A stretch of DNA of 64,000 bases from an uncultured Candidatus Peribacteria bacterium (GTDB lineage Bacteria > Patescibacteriota > Gracilibacteria > BD1-5 > UBA2023). Both the position numbers and the translations under genes were made by a program. The stretch's first letter is position 1. Each line of letters starts with the position of its first letter. Positions 39,886 to 51,262 of the stretch are shown here, one piece after another. Location of the stretch: contig CAYZVC010000004.1 of the NCBI GenBank assembly GCA_964482035.1, positions 19,572-83,571 on the forward strand, in the 5' to 3' direction. The notes beneath the pieces were generated by a model. It saw only the letters and a list, made by a program, of their open reading frames with translations. It was not told where the DNA came from and searched no databases.

Positions 39886-41370
39886 ATGAAAACCTTCTAC
39901 GTCACCACCCCCATCTACTATTCCAACGGCATCCCGCATATCGGGCACGCCTACGCTTCGTTCATCGCGGACGTTTTGGCAAAGCACCGCCGCAACCTCG
40001 GATACGAGGTGAAATTTTCGACGGGCGTTGACGAAAACAGCCAGAAGGTGGTCGAAAAGGCCGCCGAAGCGGGCATGGGCATCATGGAATACTGCGATTC
40101 CATGGCTGGCAAACACCAGGCCATCTGGGATGGGCTCGGCATCACCTACACCGATTTCGTACGCACCACCACCGATCAGCACAAAGCCTTCGTACAAGGC
40201 GTTTTGCAGAAATCGTTCGACAACGGCGACATCTACCTGGGCGAATACGAAGGCCTCTACTGCGTGGGTTGCGAAGCGTTCAAGAAGGCTTCCGACCTCA
40301 CCGAAGACGGCCTCTGCCCCGACCACAAGAAGAAGCCCGACGTCATCAAGGAGAAGAACTACTTCTTCCGCCTTTCCAAGTACGAAGCGGCGCTTAAGGA
40401 GCTCTTCGTAAAAAATCCCGATTTCATCGTTCCCCGCTCCCGCGGAAACGAAGTCGTACAGTTCATCGAAGAAGGGCTCGAAGACTTCTCGATCTCCCGC
40501 GAAGGCAGCACCTTCGGCATTCCGCTCCCGTTCGACAACAGCCACGTGACCTACGTCTGGTACGACGCGCTTTTCAACTACGTCAGCGCCTGCGAGGGCG
40601 GCGACGAGAAATTCTGGCCGGCGGACGTGCACGTCGTAGGTAAGGACATCATCCGTTTCCATGCCATTTTCTGGCCGGCGATGCTCATGTCGGCAGGATA
40701 CGCTTTGCCGAAAAACATCCTCGCTACCGGGCACTTCACCATCGACGGACAGAAGATCTCCAAGAGCCTCGGCAACGCCATCGATCCGGTGGAATTCTGC
40801 CAGCAGTACCCTAAAGAGCTTCTCCTCCTCTACCTCCTCACGTCCTTCCCCATCGGTCAGGACGGCGACTTCTCGGTAACGCAGGCGGTCAACGCGTTCA
40901 ACGCCAAGCTCGCCAACAACTTGGGCAACCTCCTCAACCGCTTCCTCGTGCTTTCGCTCAAGCAGGGCGGTAAAATCGACGGAACCATGGACGGCGAAGT
41001 CGAAACCAAGAAGCTCGAATTCGTGGCTGCGTTCGAAAAGGCGATGGAATGCTTCGACCTCCGCGCGGCGCTCGAATCGGCATTCGAATTCGGCGACGTT
41101 CTCAACAAGTTCGTCGACACGAAGAAACCCTGGGACAAAGAAGCCACCGGCGTCGTCGATACGCTCCACACCGTGGGCGAAGGACTCCGCGCCATGGCGA
41201 TTTGCCTCATGCCGTTCTTCCCCGAGAAGATGTCCGAACTTCTCGACCGCATGGGTCTCGCCTCGCAGCGCGAACGCCTGCTTGCCGGAAAATATAGCGA
41301 AGTCGTATCGGAAAAAACCGCGTTCTCCGTCGCCGAAAAGGGCGAACCGCTCTTCCAGCGCATCGCGTAA
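39886..41370 (+). CDS. metG: methionyl-tRNA synthetase
   Basis: TPIYYSNGIPHIGHAY (HIGH), KISKSLGN (KMSKS), CxxC knuckle CVGCEAF...CPDH; intact 494 aa, no TGA. Confidence 0.95.
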   Translation: MKTFYVTTPIYYSNGIPHIGHAYASFIADVLAKHRRNLGYEVKFSTGVDENSQKVVEKAAEAGMGIMEYCDSMAGKHQAIWDGLGITYTDFVRTTTDQHKAFVQGVLQKSFDNGDIYLGEYEGLYCVGCEAFKKASDLTEDGLCPDHKKKPDVIKEKNYFFRLSKYEAALKELFVKNPDFIVPRSRGNEVVQFIEEGLEDFSISREGSTFGIPLPFDNSHVTYVWYDALFNYVSACEGGDEKFWPADVHVVGKDIIRFHAIFWPAMLMSAGYALPKNILATGHFTIDGQKISKSLGNAIDPVEFCQQYPKELLLLYLLTSFPIGQDGDFSVTQAVNAFNAKLANNLGNLLNRFLVLSLKQGGKIDGTMDGEVETKKLEFVAAFEKAMECFDLRAALESAFEFGDVLNKFVDTKKPWDKEATGVVDTLHTVGEGLRAMAICLMPFFPEKMSELLDRMGLASQRERLLAGKYSEVVSEKTAFSVAEKGEPLFQRIA

Positions 41371-41391
41371 GCCATTATTGCCAAACGACCG

Positions 41392-41419
41392 AAATCCCCC
41401 CGATCGAACGGGGGGATTT
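41392..41419. terminator. bidirectional intrinsic terminator
   Basis: AAATCCCCCC-GATCGAAC-GGGGGGATTT. Confidence 0.7.
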
Positions 41420-41434
41420 CTTATCTATGGCAAA

Positions 41435-41950
41435 CTATCCGGCTTCCCCGCAAGCTTCCGATATCCTCGTAGCGATCGAGCGCGCAAGAATTGCCGACGG
41501 AGACATATCCCCTTTTGGGGATCGTTCCCACGAGAGCACCAAGCGCGCGAATTTCGCCAGATTCGCGGGGCGATCGGAATCGAAATCGGATTCTTGCCGG
41601 ATTTCAGAGGATACGTACCCGTATAAAAGCGCTTCCGAATACCCCTTTCCAAGATTTCCGCCAGTAGATTTGGAGAGCGCGTCCCGGTAGTTGGCAATGA
41701 GTTCCAATATTTCCTTTTGCGTTGAAAAAAGTTCCTCCTTCGAATTCGACCATATGGTAGGAAAACGCGTTGGCTCGTATTTCTTCAAATTCGCGAGGAT
41801 GCCTGCGAAGGCCGCCGCTTTGCATGCCTTCGCCTGAATGAGCAATTCGAGCGTAACGACGGAATCCATGACGACTTGCGCCTTTTGGAGGACTTCCCGG
41901 GAATCGGAGTTTTCTCCGACGGTTTCTGAGGGCTTGAGATTGGAGTTCAT
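41435..41950 (-). CDS. hypothetical helical protein (171 aa)
   Basis: ATG 41950 (MNSNLKPSE...) inside ORF 41435-42058; TAG stop. Confidence 0.5.
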   Translation of the reverse strand: MNSNLKPSETVGENSDSREVLQKAQVVMDSVVTLELLIQAKACKAAAFAGILANLKKYEPTRFPTIWSNSKEELFSTQKEILELIANYRDALSKSTGGNLGKGYSEALLYGYVSSEIRQESDFDSDRPANLAKFARLVLSWERSPKGDMSPSAILARSIATRISEACGEAG

Positions 41951-41973
41951 AAATCGGTTGGTAACGGGGCGGA

Positions 41974-42498
41974 TTATTGCAGAATAGCGCTGGCGGCATT
42001 GACGGTTTTTCCAGCCGTCGCCGAAGGGGCGACGTTTCAGGTGGCGTAGTATTCCCACGAAGGCATGACGTATTCCAAAAGCAGGGCCTTACGGGTTTTT
42101 TCAGAATCGAAGTCGGCTTCTTCACGCATGTCCGCGCCGGTGAGCGCGTCACGGAGTTGGGCTAGGGCGCCTAAGGAATCCCTGCTTGCCCGATTTTCCA
42201 TGGAAAGCTTCTCAAGTTGTCCCAAGGTACTTTCGATCTGATCGTAAAACAACGCCACCTTTCCGTCGTATTTTCCAAAAACTTCGGAGAACATGGCCTC
42301 GCTCGCGTCTTTCATATTCAAAAGCATCCCTACGGTGTGCGAGTATCGCTTAATGAGATCGGACAGCTTGGATTCCAGCTGGGCACAAACTTCGGATTCC
42401 GGACACCGTTCGTCATCTTGGAAATCGAGTGCTGCGTTCATAACGGAATAAGTGAATGGTAGAAGGTCGTACGGATTGCCGGCGACCGAAAGCACCAT
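41974..42498 (-). CDS. hypothetical helical protein (174 aa)
   Basis: ORF 42037-42498 continues through TGA 42037-42039 for 20 codons to TAA 41974-41976. Confidence 0.5.
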
Positions 42499-42557
42499 GA
42501 AAATACCCGAGGCGAAAAAGAAAAAATCGGAAGAAAAAAGAAAAGCGGGTCACCCCG

Positions 42558-42836
42558 CTATTCTTGAATTTCGAAATGGCTTCTGAACACGTGGTAGATA
42601 TGAAAGAAATCACCGGCGTTTTCCAGGTACGAAAAATCGGTGGCGGCATACATTCCGGTTTCTTTTCCATTCGATAAGAAACCCACTCTCAACGCGTCTT
42701 TCGGAAAATCGAGCTCGAAATCCACGGGGCTGTCACCGATGACGGCCTTGCGGAGTTCGGCTTCGTTTCCGCGGTGCGCGGCGGATTCGTCGGCGACGAC
42801 GCCGACTTCTTCTCAGAATTGGGAGATGGCTTTCAT
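42558..42836 (-). CDS. small hypothetical protein (92 aa)
   Basis: ATG 42836 overlaps the stop of the upstream hydrolase gene (TAATG); one in-frame TGA; TAG 42558-42560. Confidence 0.45.
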
Positions 42837-43696
42837 TACGGAGTCCTGTTCGTTACCGGACCTTTGAGAAAATTCTCGGTCGCTTGCGCGATTATACCAT
42901 TGTTTTCGAAATGTCCGCCATTATGGAAGCCGGTAATTTCCAGAAAGGTTTTGGGGGCCGGAATCGCCGCATACAGGGCTTTTCATTGCTCGAAAGGAAT
43001 GAGGTCGTCGTCTTTCGAATGGATGACGAGCGTGGGTACGGAAATCTTGGGAGCGTCGTCGACGGAACGGAAATGGAACCGGTTGAGAAGGCGGACGGGG
43101 AGGTACGGGTATTGGTTTTCGGCCATGTCGTCCATCGAGGTGAACGATGATTCGACTATCAGTCCCGCAACCTTCCGCGAGGCCGCGACTTTTATTGACG
43201 CCGTTCCTCCGAGCGACCTTCCCCATACGACGATCTTTCGCGGCGGAACTCACCGGGCGACCAGTCGGTCGTATGCCGACAACGCGTCGGCATAGAGGTC
43301 GCCTTCCTTTTCGATACGCCCGGAGCTCATCCCGTACCCCCGGTAATCGACCGCGTAAAAATCCGCACCCGCGGAAACGATGGTGGAAAGCTCGTCGTAC
43401 GCCCGTTCGAGGTTCCCGCCGTTCCCATGGAAATACAAAACGGTGAACGGCGCGCCGGAATCCTTTCCGAAAGCCGACAGCGCCTGTCCGTCGGAATTGT
43501 AGAACGTCTCGGAGAAATATCCGCTACCGGTGGGAAAATCGATAGTTTGGCGCAACGGGAAAAAGACGAGGTCTTTCTGTATGAAAAAGACTGCGGCGCA
43601 AACGGCCGCGTACCCGGCAAGCACGAAAAGGGCGGCGGAAACGATTTGCGAAGGACGGAATTTCCAAAAATTTCTCATAGCGGGATGATACGGCAT
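42836..43696 (-). CDS. alpha/beta hydrolase (serine hydrolase, membrane-anchored)
   Basis: N-terminal TM helix; HGNGGN oxyanion motif; W-G-RSLGG nucleophile elbow; frame joined through TGA 43250-43252 and one more. Confidence 0.8.
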
Positions 43697-43714
43697 CCGG
43701 GATTTCGAATCAAT

Positions 43715-43740
43715 GGAAAAACCCCCGTTCGAACGGGGGT
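43715..43740 (-). terminator. intrinsic terminator
   Basis: CCCCCGTTC/GAACGGGGG palindrome followed (minus strand) by TTTTT. Confidence 0.7.
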
Positions 43741-43750
43741 CGATTTCACT

Positions 43751-44848
43751 TTAGGAAATTCCGTAATCCTTGCGTAATTTCTCAATAACCGATTTCGCCA
43801 TGAGGTACTTGTGCGAAGTTTTCCAACTGCCGTCGGTCTTGCCTCAGAACGTTTCCGGTTCGTTTTCGAGCATTTCGAGCATTTTCGACGAGGGTACGAG
43901 TTCGACCGCGTCGATTTCGCGACGGTCGAAACCGGTAACCTCGCCGCGGAATTCGAACGCGTACACGTCGACGCGTTCGTTGTTGTCCTCGACGATTTCG
44001 CGTCCTTCTTTGTTCTTTTTCGTGACGGAAGCGTACGGGGCGTTGAATTCTACGAGTTTCAAAGCCGGGACCTCGGGAAGGAGGGAATCGAAATCGATGA
44101 CGCCCGAAGCCGAAACCGTGGGAATGCGTTCAGTCCGTTCGAGACGGATGCCGGTCTCCTCTTCGATTTCACGGAGCACCGAGGTGAACGAAACGTATTT
44201 CCTGAGCCCCGGATTCACCGAGCCGTCGGCCGGGTACGCATTGGAACCGTTTCCTGGCGCGGCGGGGATTTCGGAAACCGCGTACCCCACGTGCCCGCCT
44301 CAAAGCCTTTGCCAATGCGCTTTGCCGGTGGCCGATTTCTCAGCGGAACGCTTGCCCATGTAGATGCCGATGTCGCCGATGTCGCGGTACGCGTCGGGAT
44401 TTACGGCCCAATAGTGGGTGGAAATATGGCCTATCCCTTCTTCGTGGGCGACTTTTCGGTCGACGAGGCGAGAAGTGAGTCGGCCCTTGGAATCGATTTC
44501 CGGGAGGTACTCGACCCTTTTTTCCGCGAGGGCATTCAAAACCCCGTCCAAAACCGCGGTTCGGACCGATTGGAGGTCGGGAGATTTACGAAACGCCTCG
44601 AAAAGGGCGCGATCGCTGAAAGAAAGCGTTTTTACGGGCTTCCCGTCTTGCGAGAACACGACGTTCGAAGTTCCGTCCACATAACCGCCGAGCACGGTAT
44701 AGAAAGGGAAATTTTTGACCGTTCCGTCCTCGAAGCGCGCTTGGACGCCATGGAAATTCGGACCTCATCAAAATCCCTCGCCGATGCCGATGCGGCAGTC
44801 GGTGGATTCGGTGACGAGAATATGGGAATCGGTCGCGTTATGGCTCAT
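43751..44848 (-). CDS. NUDIX-family hydrolase with an N-terminal extension
   Basis: Pieces 43844-44290 and 44300-44695, plus upstream, share one frame via TGAs (including a tandem TGA-TGA in GEGF-GG-GPN); Nudix box ...LREIEEETGI. Confidence 0.7.
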
Positions 44849-44878
44849 GGGTACGATTTTACGATATAGTTGGAAAAT

Positions 44879-45718
44879 TTAAAAGAAACGGCGTTCGGTG
44901 AGTTCGAGAAACCCTTCGACGCCCACCAAATCCCGGTCGTTCGCGAAGAGCACGTAACCGTCGGTCTTGGCGAAAACCTCCTTTCCGGAATCGCGGGCGA
45001 TGAGTTGTCCCTTCTTTACGGGCTCGAAATCGGCGAATTCCTTCACCACCCTGAATTCCGAAGTTTTCGTGAAATACGCGCGGGAAAGCTTCATCGTGCG
45101 CTGCGCGTATTCCCGTACCGGCGCGTCGACCATGCCGAGCTGCGCGAGGAAGGCGGTGGCGATTTCGCGGGCGTTGGAAAAAGTCTTCGGTTCGGAATGC
45201 TGGCCGCATTCGACCCCTACCGCGACGATGCCGTTCTTCGTCGCCCATTCTTCCGTTCCGCCCGGCATGGCGGTTTCGAATCCGACGCAGCGGATTTCGA
45301 TCGGCAATTTCGAAACGAGGGGAAACGCCGCTTCGGAACACACTGCCACCGTCGGACTTCCGGGCGTCGGGCTCGAATGGAGATCGAGACAGTAATCGCA
45401 CCCGGCCATGACCTTCATCATCTCGCGGGAACGGACGTATTCGTAGGCGGATTTGGCCGTTTCGTCCAATTCGCGGTCATCACGGAACATGCGGTTGAGA
45501 TTGGCATCGGTTTGGCGGATTCCACGTTCTATGGCACGCAGGTTTCCATAGAGAAGCTTGACGGAACCGCGTTTCAAAAAGAGGTGTTCGCGGAAATAAT
45601 GGAGGAGTTCGACTCCGCATTTTTCACTTCCGTGGACTCCGCCGATGATACAGACGGTCGGCCCAGGAACTCCCGAGGATACGGTGACCGCGTCAGAGGT
45701 AGGACGGTATTTGCACAT
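44879..45718 (-). CDS. succinylglutamate desuccinylase / aspartoacylase-family zinc hydrolase
   Basis: C-terminal 279 codons of ORF 44879-46282 from ATG 45718; IIGGVHGSEKCG and LDLHS motifs. Confidence 0.75.
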   Translation of the reverse strand: MCKYRPTSDAVTVSSGVPGPTVCIIGGVHGSEKCGVELLHYFREHLFLKRGSVKLLYGNLRAIERGIRQTDANLNRMFRDDRELDETAKSAYEYVRSREMMKVMAGCDYCLDLHSSPTPGSPTVAVCSEAAFPLVSKLPIEIRCVGFETAMPGGTEEWATKNGIVAVGVECGQHSEPKTFSNAREIATAFLAQLGMVDAPVREYAQRTMKLSRAYFTKTSEFRVVKEFADFEPVKKGQLIARDSGKEVFAKTDGYVLFANDRDLVGVEGFLELTERRFF

Positions 45719-45852
45719 ATGGGATGGGGTTACGGCACCGGTATAATCCGATTTCCGGGGAAGGAATCGGAAAAAAAAAGAAAACGGTGGCGAGACTGGC
45801 TGGCAAGACGTTAAAAATTCCGTATCATCAGGCGAGTAATCCCGCATCGAAC

Positions 45853-47568
45853 ATGGAAAGCAACCTTTCGAACCTCGACGAAGTGCGCGCGTCCCACGCG
45901 AACGCCTACCGCGAATTCTTCGCGAAATACGACCTCGTAACCAGCGCCAATTACTGCGTGAGCTGGAGTCCGAGCGGATTCGACGGCGGAACCGAGCGGG
46001 TACTCCTTCGCACCAAGACTCCGCTCGAATGCTTGGTCGGCATCCGTTCGGCGAAAAACGGAAAATCGTCTTTCGCCAAGGTAACGAACTACGACGTTCG
46101 AAAGGACGCGTTCGAAACCGTAGAATTCGAAAAACTCTCGGACCAATCGGCCCGCGTACTCGAAATCGTGGACGAGTTCCTCGAATCCGCCGATTTGCCC
46201 CCGGTAGAAATCGGCATCCTTTCCGAAACCGCGCGCGGACACGGGTTCGGATTCTCATGAACGATGGCCGCGGCGCTTTCATGAGCGCTCTTCAAACTTG
46301 CCGGAGAAGTCTCGGCAGAAGAACTCTCGCCTGCGGATTCTTCACGCCCTCCCCTCTTTGCCGACGAATTCGCGCTCGCGTTCAGGATCATGAGCGTCAT
46401 GCGGTACGACGGAACGGCCGGATCCAACGCGGCTGCGGCGCTCTTGCCGTGACAAGTGTTCATCGCGCAGGTATCGAATTCCGTTTCCGAAGAATCCGAC
46501 GCGTCCGACAACTTTTCCGTCGGCACGGAAAATCCCCCGTATCTCGATTACGGAATCGTGTTTTCCGGCCTCAGAACGGACACGAAGGCCGTAGAAAACC
46601 AGAAAAAAACCGACGAAGGGAAGCTCGAACGTTTTTCGACGTACCTTCGGGAGACGCTCGGGGTGAAGAAATCCGAATCTGGACTCGGCAGGCTTTCCGA
46701 ACCCGGACAGGTCCATCAGGCGTTTGCCGATTCGGTTTCGGCGACGTCGGTGAAAATGGCTTATTATCTTCGGAAGTTGGTCGCCGAAGGGTACGAAGAA
46801 CATCTCGCGGAAGAAATCATCGACGCGGCGAACAATTACCGGCAAGCCGTAGCCATGCTCTCGAAACCCGAACGGTTTCCCGACCGCTTGCGAACGGCCT
46901 TTCTTTCCAGCGTCGGGCATCCGGACGCGGATTTCGGAATCTTTCCGATATACGGCGGGAAAATGGGCGGCGGATACCTCTTCGTCATGAAGCCGCAAAC
47001 CGGCCGCGAAGCGTTGTTGAAAGCCGTTGACGAAATTCGGTCGCAATATCCGAACGCCAAGATCGAGTACGCGAATTACGCCCAAAGCGGATCGCAAACG
47101 GCCGTGGTCGTACGTCAGGATTTGGAAAACGGATTCGTAGCGAAAGAGCTTGAGGAAGGCGGCGGATTCATTTACAGCGACAATGCCGGACAGTTCAAGA
47201 TCGGCGAACTCTCCGACCTTCTCGAGTACGCGTCCGACGGGATCGCGTTCTGCGAGGCCGTCGGAGAAATCCACATCCTCGGCAAGGCGGCGAATTCGAC
47301 GCAACTCAAATCCCAGAACGCGACCATCGAACTCTTCGGAGCGCTGCTTTCGAAATGAACGGTGAAGAACGACGAACTCCCGGCTTCGAGCTACTCGAAA
47401 AACCGCAGCGAAATGCAGTCGAAAATCCTCTGACCGGTAGGAAAAGTCTTCGAAGAGGCTTTTGGGAAGAAAATCCCCCTCACCTGTTCCGGGACGGTAT
47501 CGGAATTCGTCATGGAACTTGGAAAAACGAACGTGAAAATCGGATACGTAAAAAAAATCGGGGCATAG
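45853..47568 (+). CDS. GHMP-kinase-like protein with a long C-terminal extension (571 aa)
   Basis: Pieces 45724-46260, 46456-47358 and the tail share one frame via TGAs; GHGFGFS-G-TMAAALSGAL resembles GHMP motif II; TAG 47566-47568. Confidence 0.55.
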
Positions 47569-47630
47569 GTCCCGGTTTTTTGTTTTTCGCGGGGTTTTCG
47601 GGCAAAATGGAAGGGTAACCGAACATTGCA

Positions 47631-50600
47631 ATGCGCGACGGAAAGAACGGGAATGACCGAATCGAAACCGAATGAAAAAACGGAACTCCGGAATGGGGTT
47701 CCGACGTTTTGTCGACGAACGTATCGCGACACGTCACATGAACCCTCGAATTGGAAAAGGGCGCCGTTTCGGCGATTTTCGAATCGGCGCTCGACCGTGT
47801 GGCCGAAACCTGAGGCAAGTACCGCCGCATCTGGCTGGTCCGCCATTTCGACTACGAAGACTCGGAAGAAGCGCGGGAATACGTGAAACGATCCAAAGAA
47901 GACAAGAGCAAGATGTCGAAGGAAAAGATCGACGAACTCAACGAACTCAGCAAAAAAGTGCGTGCGAACGTGAACGATCCGTTCATCCAGAAGATCCTCT
48001 TATGATCCCTCAGGGGACGGCCGGACAAAACGAAAACGTCGGTGTATCTGGATATCGAAGCAAGCATCGCGACCCGAAACAAGATGACCTACGAGTGGGT
48101 AGCGAACTCGGGAGAACTTAAGGATTGGCTCGTTACCAAAAGATTCAAGATCACGACGGAAAAGGTCGACGACAATGGGGAAAAGAACTTTCGGGCATTT
48201 TCGGAAATCAAGAACATACTGGACGATTGGACGAGCGACAAAGACGGAGGCGACGGCGTGATTTTTGGCAACAGGACGCCTTCTCACGCGTTCTGAATTC
48301 GCGTCTGACGGCCGTGTTACAGCGAAAAGGACCATACCGACCAAATGGAGCGTCTCGGTTACGATTTTTTGGACATTGAAAAAGCGACGGGGAAACCCGT
48401 TCTCATCCAAAATGGAAAAACGCTCAGGGTCACGTTGGAAAACCTTGACGGAATCGAAAAAGCCATTCTTGACACCGGTGACGATACCGGGAGGAAAGCG
48501 AAGATTTCGAAAGCTTTTTCGGAATTTCCGCTCATCATGCTTCAGGAAGCCATCAACGAAGTGATTGCGGAACTGGAGAAGACGGATCGTGCGCAATACT
48601 TGGCCGTCTTGCGCTCGCTTTGCGAATGGAAAGACGCCAAAGGGAAACACGATCCCGAACTGCAAGCGTACGTTTTCGAACGGCTCATCGAAAACTGATT
48701 TCCATGGGAAACCCTGCTGCAATGGGAATGGTCGACGGGCGCGCTCGAATGGATGGCGACCAAAGGGTACCGCGAAATGGTCATCCGGTATTTTTGAGAT
48801 TCCGAAGAAGGGCCGACGGGCGATCTCGGACCTTTTGCCAAATCGATCAACGTCAAGGGAATGAAGGAACTCTTCGCGGACGCGTACGAATACTGGAAGA
48901 TTCGACAAAAGCAGAAGCGGTCGGTAGATCCGGCCATCCGCGCAGGCAAGAAGGGAGCTATCGCCGAAAGGTACGCGCATACCGCACGGTGAGACGGGAC
49001 CGAACGTCGGGAATACCTTAACTTCGAAGGGATCGCGAAACTCTCGACCGTACGTAACGTCGTGGTCCTCGGTACGATCGGGGAAGGAAAAAGCCTTTGG
49101 CTCTGCGAATTCGCCAAGTCCGCGATTGTCAAAGGCCAAAAAATCCGCTTTTACGAAGCACGGGACCTTTTGCCCAAATCTTTCCAGCGAGGAGGAAATA
49201 TTTTCGAAGAATTCGAAAATTTTCCGGAAGCGCTTTTCTGCGTAGACGGGATGGATGAAATCCGCGATCCGAAAACGCGCGACGAAATCAAATCGGCAAT
49301 CGATTCTCTCGGAAAACGTTTCATCATAGGATCGAGGCCCTCGGAATACTCCGAACACTCCGAAAAACATGCCACCGTCCGTCTCGCGGGAATGGAGCTC
49401 GACGATTTTCTCGAAGAGCGGTTCGACGATGAACGGGATAGGGAAAAAGTACGGATCCTCATTAGGGGCATGCGGTTTTCGGAAAGCGCACAATCATCGC
49501 AAACGGAAGCTGACCCGCTTCTGTTGGCTTTCGCTTGCATGCTTGCCGAGAACGGCGACCGCGCGGATTCTCCCGATTTCCGAAATAGGGCGGATTTGTA
49601 CGAAAACGCGGCGAAATACGTCCTTTCGAAACATTCCAAGGATTCCAAAGGACAACAGGATTACGATCCGTCCAGAGACGTGGACGGATGGATGAAAGAA
49701 TTGGGCAAGCGCGCTTACGAGAAATTTTCGGGAACCGAAAAAATCGGGGCGGACCGATATTCCGATACGCATTTAGGACTTCTCTACCGAAAAGAAGGGA
49801 CCGAAAAATACGAATTCGCGCACCACTCGTTTTACGAGTATTTCCTCGCGAGGCATTTTGCGGAAAATCCGGAATCATTCGAACGGGGAGGCCGTGAAGG
49901 ATTGCCGAACGGCTTAACCTCGGAACGGAACTCGCTTATCTACCTTGCCGAAATCCTTGCGAATTCCGGAAAAATCGAAGAGCTTGCCGAATTTCTTAAA
50001 AAGCTGCGTCGGTTTCCGGTAGAAAAAAAGCGAAAAGGTACGGATTCGGTTTCGGTCGGACGGACGCCGTTCATTACCTGACTGGAAATTCTGCACGCCC
50101 TTCCGAATGAGTTCTTAGGACTCCCCGAGATTCGTAAGATTCGGAAAAAGTACGAAAATGACGTATCCGAAATCGACGCGACTTGGATCGGAGAAAACTA
50201 CCAGGAAATATTGGAGTTCGCCAAGAGGACTGACCGTGCGGATTCGCCTCTTATCCTAAGGACGATCGACGTCTTCAAATCAGCCATCGAACCCCGAATA
50301 GCGAGCGAGGTGGGCGCCGACGATCCCATGTCCGGAATCACCGAATTGTGCAAGGCCCTCGCATCAATGGGAACCCCGTTGTCCGTATCGACGGCCGATA
50401 AGATCGAGAACGTGGTCCGAAAACTCAGACTGTCGCTTTTCATGCCGATTCCCGATTCCGAGGAAGATTTCCTGGCTCTTGAGGCGGATCTCAGAAGAGA
50501 AGACGTCCAAGGGGTATTTTGAAAATTCCACAAAGGGAAGAAGGATTTCGAATTCCATTTGGCAGCAATCGGCACCCAGTCATCCATGAGCGCGATCGAA

Positions 50601-50993
50601 TCACGCATAAAATACATGTCGGTTGACGACATGGCAAGAATGTACGAAACGATCGCCGGAGGACCGGTTTCGCGATTGTCCTTGGAAATCGCGGAAAAGG
50701 GCGCTCAAAAGATGATGGAAGGCGGGCATTACACGCCGGCACGCTGGATTTACCGCTCCATATTCGAAATGGGGACGAGAAAAGCCAAATTGATTGCCTT
50801 GAAATGAGCCAGAAGCCTGGAAGGAAAATGCAGGGATCCTTGGAAAATCTGGGCCAATTCCACTTTGTTCGACTACCGCGCCCCACGAAGGCTCCCTCCG
50901 GTCACGGACCTCTCGAAACTTCTCGTTTTGGAGGATCGTTGGAGCACAACGATCCGACGCATTTCGAAAATGAAAAAGCGCTTCTTGTGATAA
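47631..50993 (+). CDS. NACHT-type STAND NTPase (1120 aa), Avs/bNACHT-like candidate defence protein
   Basis: Pieces 48042-48296, 48345-48698, 49062-50081, 50211-50522 and 50559-50807 share one frame, joined by about 13 TGAs; Walker A VVLGTIGEGKS, Walker B LFCVDGMDE, FAHHSFYEYFLARH; ends ...RFL-G-TAA (50991-50993). Confidence 0.8.
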
Positions 50994-51012
50994 TCTTCGG
51001 ATCAAGTTCTCA

Positions 51013-51050
51013 GAAAAAGAACCGCCATCGCGGTTCTTTTTCTTTTTTCT
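51013..51050 (+). terminator. intrinsic terminator
   Basis: GAACCG-CCATCG-CGGTTC followed by a long T-run. Confidence 0.75.
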
Positions 51051-51131
51051 TCCGGTTTTTTCTTTTCGAGCCGAAGTACAAATGCCGTGCAAGTCGCTCA
51101 TTAACGTCAACGCTCTCGAAAGGAGAACACC

Positions 51132-51248
51132 ATGATTGCCAACGCACTGCTCATCGGGCTGGGCCTCGTCATCGGCTTCATCATCTGCGCCGTTTGGCTG
51201 GCCAAGAAGGTTTTTCGCGGCCTCGGTAAATTGAAAGACAAGTTCTGA
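51132..51248 (+). CDS. 38-aa single-TM micro-protein, apparent TGA stop
   Basis: AAAGGAG 6 nt before the ATG; MIANALLIGLGLVIGFIICAVWLAKKVFRGLGKLKDKF; TGA 51246-51248 sits just before the next SD. Confidence 0.5.
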   Translation: MIANALLIGLGLVIGFIICAVWLAKKVFRGLGKLKDKF

Positions 51249-51262
51249 AAGGAGAACCGGAC

